Source: an uncultured delta proteobacterium
Lineage (GTDB): Bacteria > Desulfobacterota > Desulfomonilia > Desulfomonilales > Desulfomonilaceae
Length of the DNA: 64,000 nucleotides
Direction: 5' to 3'
Assembly: GCA_963789265.1 (NCBI GenBank)
Contig: CAWBKB010000001.1
Location: 736,001-800,000 of the forward strand
A program made the translations under genes and the position numbers. Below are positions 10,682-18,396 of the stretch, piece by piece (position 1 is the stretch's first letter; the number at the start of each line of letters is the position of its first letter). The notes under the pieces are model-generated. The model was not told the DNA's origin. It searched no databases and saw only the letters and a list, made by a program, of their open reading frames with translations.

Positions 10682-11254
10682 ATGAAAAAACATCTTCCCA
10701 ATTTTCTTACATTAGGCAGACTTATCCTTGTGCCGCCTATCATAGTGCTTCTTTTCTTTCCTGCCAAATATCCTTCTCTGGTAGCAGGCATCATCTTTCT
10801 AGTGGCCTCTCTCACTGATTTCTTTGACGGATTTATCGCGCGGCGATTCTCCTTGGAGTCTTCTTTCGGCCGATTCTTGGACCCCATAGCCGATAAGATC
10901 CTGGTAACGTCGGCTCTAATAATGCTGATAGCTCTTGGTCGAGTCCCCGCCTGGGTTGTGATGCTTATCATCACCCGTGAGGTCGCGGTAAGCGCACTCA
11001 GGGCCATCACAAAAAGTTGGGACACAACATTAAAACCGAGCCGGGCGGGCAAGCTGAAGGCTGTTTTTCAATTCGCCGCGTGCGTGCCGCTTATCATCCA
11101 CTACAATTACACGTTGATAGTGCCGATCAATTTCCACGTCCTTGGCACGGTCCTCATCTACATAGCCCTGATTCTTACTCTGTGGTCCGGAGCAGACTAC
11201 TTTTTGCGATTCTACAAAGAATACGAGATCCGTGAAGAGAGCGGGGGATTTTAG
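10682..11254 (+). CDS. pgsA: CDP-diacylglycerol--glycerol-3-phosphate 3-phosphatidyltransferase
   Basis: PNFLT, DFFDGFIAR...GRFLDPIADK, GKLK. Confidence 0.93.
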   Translation: MKKHLPNFLTLGRLILVPPIIVLLFFPAKYPSLVAGIIFLVASLTDFFDGFIARRFSLESSFGRFLDPIADKILVTSALIMLIALGRVPAWVVMLIITREVAVSALRAITKSWDTTLKPSRAGKLKAVFQFAACVPLIIHYNYTLIVPINFHVLGTVLIYIALILTLWSGADYFLRFYKEYEIREESGGF

Positions 11255-11331
11255 GCGGGGCGGCGGGCTCGTCCGTGCGTTTGGTCGCGGCGAGTGCGAG
11301 AAGGCATATCCTCTTTTACTCTTCATCAAGT

Positions 11332-11549
11332 TATTACGATTCGCTTTCAAACAAGTGACACCGTGTTTTTAGTGGGACAGTCACGCCCGGGCGTGATTGC
11401 CTGTCGTCATGCCCGCGTACGCGGGCATCCAGACTGGACCCCGGATCGAAGTCCGGGGTGACGATTGGCGGGCAGTCCCGCGTTCCGCGCGGGATGCCCC
11501 ACCATATCATCGCGGGGATTGACACTTGCTTGATGGCGCACTGGTATTA
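11332..11549. mobile_element. MITE family A, copy 1
   Basis: Ends ...CGATTCGCTTTCAAACAAGTGACA / TGACACTTGCTTGATGGCGCACTGGTATTA shared with copies at 17360, 22119, 31881 and 35014. Confidence 0.75.
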
Positions 11550-11950
11550 CGCATTTACGCGAAGGGCGATCTTTTTTCCTGGATAGCCTCGCAATCGTGG
11601 TGAGCGTCTATTCAAGTGGTATACGCTCTCGGCTCTGAACATGAGGGTAAGTCGTGTTACCGGCTACGAGACGAGTAGAAACGGCCTGATCGAAATTTCC
11701 CTTGCCAAAAGCCCGGACATTGTGAAAATGTAAATCTTTTGGTCTAGAATCGGGATAATCTCATTTCTTAGGGCGAGGCGCTATGAGAGAGGGCCTCTTT
11801 ATCTGTGCCATTCTCGTTGCAACAAGCTGATATCTCAGTTGTTATTACCGATACGATATCCGTTTCACAGGCGTCTTAAACGACCAGCAACAACAGTACC
11901 TGGCGTAACATGTGGATCAATATGAACAATATTGGGGGGGGACACTGAAC

Positions 11951-12835
11951 ATGGCATCGCTTGATATCGCTAAGCTATTCCGGGACGAAGCGGGAGAACT
12001 CATTAACGCGAGAGATAAATGCATCCAAATCCATGGTACGGACATCCGGGCGGCTGGCAATGAAGTCGAGATTGCGGTCCGCAAGTTCTTCCAGCGGATG
12101 CTCCCGAAGCGATTCCATGTCACACAAGGCCACCTCATTGACAGCAACGGACTGGTCAGCCCCCAACTCGATCTCATTGTATCGGATAATGCAAGCATTC
12201 CTTCCCTTTTGACGACTGCTGACGGGACATCCTACATCCCAGTAGATTGCGTTTATGCCGTCGCAGAGATCAAGTCGACGTTTTCTAGTTCCGAGAGGTA
12301 CATTGACAAGTTTGCGAAAACCTTGCACTTCATCCGAGAGGAGATGAGCCGTCCGCTGCTAGAGAACACGATATACGATGGGTTGAGCGACTCGACCGTC
12401 ATGCGTGATGTGTTCCTGGATAAGCCGAACAAATACCTGAACCCACTGTTTTCATTCATGGTATTTGTAAACTCAGGCGGTGCTGACGAGGTTGTCCTCG
12501 AAAAGGCTTTCACCTGTACTCCCCGCGAGGACTTACCCGGAATTACGGTCTTGCTCAACAAGGCTGTTGTGTGGTACGGGAAAATAGTCAGCAACAAATT
12601 CTCTGTCGAAAAATACCCTTGGATGGGGCAGTCAACAGGAAAGGCTTGGTTTATATCGCTAATTCAAGGAGCCGCGGACACGGGATCGGCGGAAGGCAAT
12701 CACCTCTGCTTCAATTACTATGTGTTGCTAGAACACTTGAACCAGTCATTTCTCGAACCACCCGATCTCCGGTCTTACTTCGAAAGGATGCTGGTTGGCA
12801 GGGTGTCGACGTCTAAGAAGATAGGGGATTCCTAA
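11951..12835 (+). CDS. DUF6602-like PD-(D/E)xK nuclease-fold protein
   Basis: GNEVE..VRKFF..MLP, GHLID..G..SPQLDLIV.D, IP.DCV.AVAEIKS pattern. Confidence 0.7.
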   Translation: MASLDIAKLFRDEAGELINARDKCIQIHGTDIRAAGNEVEIAVRKFFQRMLPKRFHVTQGHLIDSNGLVSPQLDLIVSDNASIPSLLTTADGTSYIPVDCVYAVAEIKSTFSSSERYIDKFAKTLHFIREEMSRPLLENTIYDGLSDSTVMRDVFLDKPNKYLNPLFSFMVFVNSGGADEVVLEKAFTCTPREDLPGITVLLNKAVVWYGKIVSNKFSVEKYPWMGQSTGKAWFISLIQGAADTGSAEGNHLCFNYYVLLEHLNQSFLEPPDLRSYFERMLVGRVSTSKKIGDS

Positions 12836-13638
12836 CTCCCATACCAGCCGACCCGCCGGGTTCGTCTTGCATGGTAGTAAATCGTCATTGAAAGAGAGCC
12901 CATGCCAGCCCTGCTGGGCCGCTGAATCGGAAGTTTGCCCGCTACTCGAATTTCCAGTGCTTGCGGGCGCCGCCACTCCTTGACCCAACTCCGGTCCTTC
13001 TTTCGAACCCATTGCTCGGCAAGTGCCATGAACGCGGTCCGAGGACCGGAATCCAGTAACTCCCGGCTCCTATCTATTTGTTCTTACTTCAACCGTCCCT
13101 GAGAAGAAATCGCGACCTTGCCGCTACGAAAAGTTGGCTTTCCGCTGCAAACTCGCTGCACAGGTGTGCAGGCGGCATGAGAGCGCCACGCCTAGCCGAA
13201 GTTGCTCGAGGGCACATGGGCTCTTTTCGTTGTTAGGCACAGGACACGTGCCATTGGTAACAACCAGTAAAAGTTACGTAATTTTTATAAGTAATACTTT
13301 CCATGGGTTGCAAGGCTGACCTTCCACGCAATACCAGTAAGGCAACAGAACAAGTTTACTGGTGGCCCTCCGTCTCTGTATAGACTTGTCTTCCAGGACG
13401 TAATTGTCTCGGCCTCTCCCGTCAAAATTCCGCGTTGCAGCCGGACTCCTTACATTCACCTTTACCCGCCTATGAAAATCGAAATCCGAGGGGCAAGCTC
13501 GACGTCGGCAGGGGGGGCTAACAAATTTCCTTGCAGGTCATAAGATCCGTAGGAACTGGACGACCTCCTCTCTGGGATTGGCTGACGATTTGCAGACACT
13601 TTTTCAGGGGGGCAATAGAAATGATTACGCCGGGTTAT

Positions 13639-13711
13639 TGGCGGAGGGAGAGGGATTCGAACCCCCGGACCTTTCGGTCAACGGTTTTCAAGACCGCCGC
13701 CTTAAACCGCT
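13639..13711 (-). repeat. att-like exact duplication of the 3' 73 nt of tRNA-Ser
   Basis: Identical to 15523-15595; lacks the tRNA 5' end. Confidence 0.93.
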
Positions 13712-13871
13712 TACCTTCGCCAGTCCAACGGCGAAAATGAAATTTTGGGATGCCTCACATTGCCGGCATGAAGTGAAGGACAATGCTCCTTGAAGGTTAC
13801 AAATGTCGAGGGACACTCAGCGCCTGGAGAGGCATGCAATCCCTGCCAAAATACTGGAAGCGAGGGGAGTG

Positions 13872-14171
13872 CTACTTGTTACGATCCAGGTGTCCGATCT
13901 GCAAAAGATACTGATTATAATCAGACTCGCTCATAGGACACTCCAGAAGAGCCTTCGTTTCCTGGAGGGATCGAAGCTTAAGCTGTCTTGTCATGCTTTT
14001 CAGGTTATCCGGGCCAATGTCCTTGTATTTAGCGCTGTGAGACACAAATGTCTTGATCCCTGATTCTCGGCCCCCATATTCATGGTAGAAGTATACGTGA
14101 TCCTTGGATTTATCACGCCGAAAGCCCTTACTAGTAAGACTTGCCTCAGCAGTCTTGCGATCGACTTTCAC
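13872..14171 (-). CDS. HicA-like small protein (putative toxin)
   Basis: 99 aa; L..KGF....K.DH.YF...KTFVSH...DIG...L..M.RQLKL pattern. Confidence 0.6.
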   Translation of the reverse strand: MKVDRKTAEASLTSKGFRRDKSKDHVYFYHEYGGRESGIKTFVSHSAKYKDIGPDNLKSMTRQLKLRSLQETKALLECPMSESDYNQYLLQIGHLDRNK

Positions 14172-14173
14172 CG

Positions 14174-14599
14174 CTAGACCTCGACAAATCTTTCACGAAA
14201 GAGTCGCTTTAGTTCTCTAGCCCGCTTCAGCGCCAGATCCGCATCCAACGACTTGTAATGGTCGTAAAAATGTACCAAGAGCAATTTGAATTCCTGTATG
14301 GCTGCCTCCTTGCTTTCACCGGTGGCGAAGATATCCAAACGTTCATTTTCGGCAAACCAGAGCTCTTCTCCCCGGCTGATCCTTATTGCGACCGGCTTCA
14401 ATGCCCTCAGTTTTATTCCTTCGGCAACAAAGTCCGATTGAGGCACCGTGAATTCTTTGTCGAGCCTTCTTTGAAGTTCTTCCAGCGAAGGGCTCCAAGA
14501 GGATGGTGCGACAGGCGCAGGCCGGTACCCGAGTTTCCGCACTTCTTCATTCATGTCTTCGTCATACGAACTGATTCTGGGAGCAGGATTAGACATCAT
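14174..14599 (-). CDS. Hypothetical protein with HicB-like (partial RNase H) fold
   Basis: WFAENERLDIFATGESKEAAIQEF resembles the HicB core; start overlaps the upstream stop, ends 2 bp before the HicA-like gene. Confidence 0.55.
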   Translation of the reverse strand: MMSNPAPRISSYDEDMNEEVRKLGYRPAPVAPSSWSPSLEELQRRLDKEFTVPQSDFVAEGIKLRALKPVAIRISRGEELWFAENERLDIFATGESKEAAIQEFKLLLVHFYDHYKSLDADLALKRARELKRLFRERFVEV

Positions 14600-15309
14600 T
14601 CCGCGTCCTCACTCCTAATATAGTCCCGGTAATTTTGAGTGATAAGCTCATTAAAGAGTGCCGCAGACTGAGCATGGGCCTCTTCAAGGTAATTCCGGAC
14701 CCCGGACGGTTGCAATTCTCCCATTTTCGCATGGTAAAGATCAAGCAGGATTGCCTCTTGACCCGTTTGGTTGTTCAGAATTGACTCGATATGCGTAGTC
14801 ATTTTTGCACCCGCAGTGGGCACAACGAAGGTCATAGACAAGTTCTCGAATTTGCTCGGCAATAGTTCCAAGAGTTTTTCACCTAGAACAAAGAAATATT
14901 CAAAGGGGATTAAGCCCTTTTCTCTCACAAAAGGGATGATATTGATGTGCCGCAATCCTACGCCGCTAAGGGTATTGACCGGGATGACGCTGCTGAACAG
15001 ATCTACCAGATTCAGGCATTCTGCCTCAAAAACCTCAAAACCAAGGTAAACCCGTGAGTAATGGCCAAATCTATTTAGGGATAGAATCATCCCGGCGCTG
15101 CCGTCACTTCTTTCAAAGCGATATGGTTCATACGCCAATAGCATCCCTGGTTGAACGACAGGCACGATCAAATTGGGATAGCGGTCCCTGATCAGGTCTT
15201 GAATCTCATGGCGACGGCAATCAATGGCTGTTTCAGCCGGAAAGGTAATCTCGAAAACCACTTCTGCAAGAGGGGAGTTTGAGTGCCTCTCGTCTGGAAC
15301 CTTACGCAT
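14596..15309 (-). CDS. TIGR04255-like protein
   Basis: NSPLAEVVFEITF, Y.GFE.F, VGLRHINII, LLDL, EEAH...LF..LIT; start uncertain. Confidence 0.7.
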   Translation of the reverse strand: MRKVPDERHSNSPLAEVVFEITFPAETAIDCRRHEIQDLIRDRYPNLIVPVVQPGMLLAYEPYRFERSDGSAGMILSLNRFGHYSRVYLGFEVFEAECLNLVDLFSSVIPVNTLSGVGLRHINIIPFVREKGLIPFEYFFVLGEKLLELLPSKFENLSMTFVVPTAGAKMTTHIESILNNQTGQEAILLDLYHAKMGELQPSGVRNYLEEAHAQSAALFNELITQNYRDYIRSEDAE

Positions 15310-15522
15310 ACGTATTTTTTCCTCGCACAGTGCTCGAAGTTCACAGTATAAATATATATCGAAAGATTTCGGGGCCAAGGACGCCCGCTCGATCATGTGG
15401 ATCCCATCCCTCAAAATCGCTGGTCCCCCGGATGGTTCCCTGAAGGAACGAGCCCAGAAAAATCCGCCCACACTTCCCAGACATTTCTGTGCGCGGTATC
15501 ATTAATGATATCGTTAGGTTAC

Positions 15523-15608
15523 TGGCGGAGGGAGAGGGATTCGAACCCCCGGACCTTTCGGTCAACGGTTTTCAAGACCGCCGCCTTAAACCGCTCGGCC
15601 ATCCCTCC
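15523..15608 (-). tRNA. tRNA-Ser (anticodon UGA), CCA encoded
   Basis: GGAGGGATGGCCGAGCGGTTTAAGGCGGCGGTCTTGAAAACCGTTGACCGAAAGGTCCGGGGGTTCGAATCCCTCTCCCTCCGCCA; long variable arm. Confidence 0.97.
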
Positions 15609-15616
15609 ATAAGTGA

Positions 15617-15646
15617 ATGCTAGCCCAGCCACAGTTGTCCTGTCAA
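15617..15646 (-). promoter_or_regulatory. Sigma70-type promoter of tRNA-Ser
   Basis: TTGACA-N18-TAGCAT just upstream of the tRNA. Confidence 0.7.
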
Positions 15647-15694
15647 GGAGCACTTTTATGCTAAATCACCCCTCAGTCACGGGAGGCGCATAAT

Positions 15695-15767
15695 TGTCAT
15701 TGCGAGCGGGGCGAAGCAATCTCCGCACTGTCAGTGCCCAGATTGCTTCGCCCCGCTCGCAATGACA
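15695..15767. repeat. Palindromic element (TGTCATTGCGAG...CTCGCAATGACA family)
   Basis: Perfect 28-bp arms; relatives at 25018-25100 and 47874-48037. Confidence 0.85.
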
Positions 15768-15811
15768 CTGTATCTTTGATTGCCCCTGTAAGAGAGTGAT
15801 CGGATGCAAAA

Positions 15812-16786
15812 TCAACCCACCATGTCTACACTGTGGTTCCCACTCAATACCATGATCGACCTGTTTTCCGTGTCCAACATGACCGGCGCGCCGTGCGGCA
15901 GAGTCAAGTTGGGAAGAATATGACCATGCGGAAATCTTGAAATCACAGGAATAGGCCGGTCGCCGATAAGGCCAAGCAAGATGCGTTCGGTTTCCGCAGA
16001 CAGATCCTCGCCATCCGGTCCAATGAAGTGGCCCAATATCAGTCCTGCAACTCTTGTCAAAACGCCGGCCAGCTTCAACTGAGTCAACATCCGGTCGATT
16101 CGATATGGGGGCTCGTGAATATCCTCGAGGAAGAGGATTGTGTCTTTGAATTCCGGAAAGTGGCGCGTGCCCAGCAGCGACGTCACGAGCGACAAACAGC
16201 CTCCCAAAAGTGTTCCCGAGGCTTTGCCGGCCCGAACAATTTGAGCCGAGTTCTCAGCGGATGGGAAGAGATTCCGTCCGGTGAAGGATTCCGTCAACGC
16301 CTGCATTAACGATTCCTCGGATGCGCGATCCAATCCTTCCGCGACTTGGCCTGCGACCATCGGACCTGAAAAAGTAATCAGACCGCAGCGGGTGTAGAGT
16401 GAGAGCTGGAGCGCGGTCACGTCGCTCATTCCAAGCAGGATCTTCGGATCGACTGCAATGGCCTCGCGGTCAATGGAATCGAGCAAGCGCATAACACCAT
16501 AGCCGCCTCTAGCGAAAAAAATTGCCCGTACTGCCGGATCTTTCAACATGGCATTCAGGTCCTGAGATCTCTGGCTGTCGTCTCCTGCCAAGTATGAATT
16601 GCTTTCAGCGAGATGCAGACCTCTGCGAACCTTGAATCCTTTTTCCTCAAGAAACTTTAGTCCCTGCACCAGGAGTTCGGGAATCGGGGGGCCGGATGCC
16701 GCGACGACGCCTATGGTCTCACCGGCCTTAATGGGCCGTGGGATTAATAATCGCTTCGCACCTGAAGACTTTTTCGTTATTTTCAT
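15812..16786 (-). CDS. LD-carboxypeptidase (peptidase S66)
   Basis: ARGGYG, GMSDVTAL, GGCLS, LFLEDI, PHGH. Confidence 0.92.
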   Translation of the reverse strand: MKITKKSSGAKRLLIPRPIKAGETIGVVAASGPPIPELLVQGLKFLEEKGFKVRRGLHLAESNSYLAGDDSQRSQDLNAMLKDPAVRAIFFARGGYGVMRLLDSIDREAIAVDPKILLGMSDVTALQLSLYTRCGLITFSGPMVAGQVAEGLDRASEESLMQALTESFTGRNLFPSAENSAQIVRAGKASGTLLGGCLSLVTSLLGTRHFPEFKDTILFLEDIHEPPYRIDRMLTQLKLAGVLTRVAGLILGHFIGPDGEDLSAETERILLGLIGDRPIPVISRFPHGHILPNLTLPHGAPVMLDTENRSIMVLSGNHSVDMVG

Positions 16787-17067
16787 ACCGAATCGGAATA
16801 TGTCTGTCTAAACATGGCCGGGGCAGCCGCTGGAAAAGGCTTTTACCAGCCGGCAAGGCAAAGGTCAATCATAGTAAATTGCCAACCCCGGACGCGTGAT
16901 TTCACTCCGCGCAATAACAGAAAACCGAAGATTATCCGCGCAACTTAGAGATTACATTCGTAACGAAAATGATATTGCTTTGCGGTGCTTGAAATGATAG
17001 CCTTTCGCCATTCGTATCTATTATATGCAGGCAATCATGTAGAACACGCATTGCAAGGGGAGGAACC

Positions 17068-17331
17068 ATGAAAGCATTGTTGATGTGTGGGGTCGTCCTG
17101 GCTATGGTTTGTGCGGAGCCAATTTTCAGCACGGGCCAGACACTGGGGGTGCGCTACGCAGTATGTGCACGTTTGAAGTTTGTACGGGGGGTCAAGTCAT
17201 TGAAGTGCTCCAAACCCGTGCCTTTGGAGGATCCGACCCAGAACGGCGACACAGTTTGTCATGGCATGGGCAAAGATTTCAATACGCTGGATGAGGCTCT
17301 TCGATGGACGGCGGCCAACTGTAGCAACTGA
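17068..17331 (+). CDS. Small secreted Cys-containing hypothetical protein
   Basis: GGAGG RBS, signal-peptide-like N-terminus. Confidence 0.6.
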   Translation: MKALLMCGVVLAMVCAEPIFSTGQTLGVRYAVCARLKFVRGVKSLKCSKPVPLEDPTQNGDTVCHGMGKDFNTLDEALRWTAANCSN

Positions 17332-17359
17332 AATGTGACGATTGCGGCCTGTGACGCTG

Positions 17360-17553
17360 TAATACCGATTCGCTTTCAATCACGTGAGAATGGGCCGATA
17401 GCAAACGGCACTGACCTGGTGCCATGATGGTGCTCAGGTCAGTGGCACCCAACATCCAGTCAAGATCGGGTGCTGGGTGCCACGGATCTGGGCTTTGTCA
17501 GATCCGTGCTGTATTTCCTTGATTGTTCACCGTTTGATCGCGCACTAGTATCA
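17360..17553. mobile_element. MITE family A, copy 2 (different internal cassette)
   Basis: TAATACCGATTCGCTTTCAA...GTTTGATCGCGCACTAGTATCA ends; interior of GGGTGCCAC-type hairpins. Confidence 0.6.
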
Positions 17554-17615
17554 GATCCCCCACATAAGTAAATGGTTATTCCTTCTTCTCTTTTTAATGG
17601 CCTCGGCTTAAAAGG

Positions 17616-17790
17616 CAATGCTGTTGACTTAAGGGACCTCCATCTACCCCACCGTCACCCCGGCGAAGGCCGGGGTCCAGGGGAGATTAGGAAAACCTGG
17701 ATTCCGGCCTCCGCCGGAATGACGAGGTCAATGCCTCGTCGAAGGAAAAGCTCCTGGGCAAGAGACGTCCGGCTTAAGTCAACAGCATTG
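17616..17790. mobile_element. MITE family B (IS4-like ends), copy 1
   Basis: Perfect 18-bp TIR CAATGCTGTTGACTTAAG; 11-bp TSD ggcttaaaagg/gggttaaaagg. Confidence 0.85.
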
Positions 17791-18396
17791 GGGTTAAAAG
17801 GGGTGGTAAACTGCAAGCCTATCACAAGGACATGACCGCACAGCTTCTTTGCTTGGGGGACGGGCCTTACCGCTGCAACGGAAAAGCGGAGAATTGTGTT
17901 CAGACTCACCTGTTCTTGGCTGGGGGAGGAATGCGAACCTTCTTCTGTCACATTTCATTCCGTCTTCCTACAAAGATATCATGAGGCCGAGGTTTAACCA
18001 CAGAGGCTCGGAGAACACAGAACCGTCAGATGGTAGTCAGATGGTAGGGGCGGGTTTCAAACCCGCCCCTACATGCTCGGCGCACGGCCATGACTGTAAT
18101 TAGCATGGAGGCCCGTAGAAATTGCGGAGGTCACTCAAAGAAAGTATACGCCGCCCGCGTAGGGCCTGGCGTGGCACAAGATGCAAAGATGCCGGTAGGA
18201 TGCTGGTGAGTCCCGCGGCACGCGGAACGAACCGCACCGTTCGCGGTTTTTTCTCGATTGATGCGGTTCTCCCGCGTAGAACGCGGGCTCACCGGCATCC
18301 TGCGCCGATACGGGCCTCGACGCCTAATACGGAATTATGGCCGTGCGCTGGGCACCTCCGTGTCTCTGTGGTGCAAACTTCCGAACGGAGGGGGTT

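Noticed and set aside
12832..13630. Integrase remnant or short ORFs beside the att copy
   Set aside because: No recombinase motifs recognised in the short frames; cannot be supported without a translated search
13639..13711. Second functional tRNA-Ser
   Set aside because: Lacks the 5' 13 nt, so no acceptor stem can form
15523..15608. Selenocysteine or suppressor tRNA
   Set aside because: Anticodon UGA reads the Ser codon UCA; tRNA-Sec would need anticodon UCA
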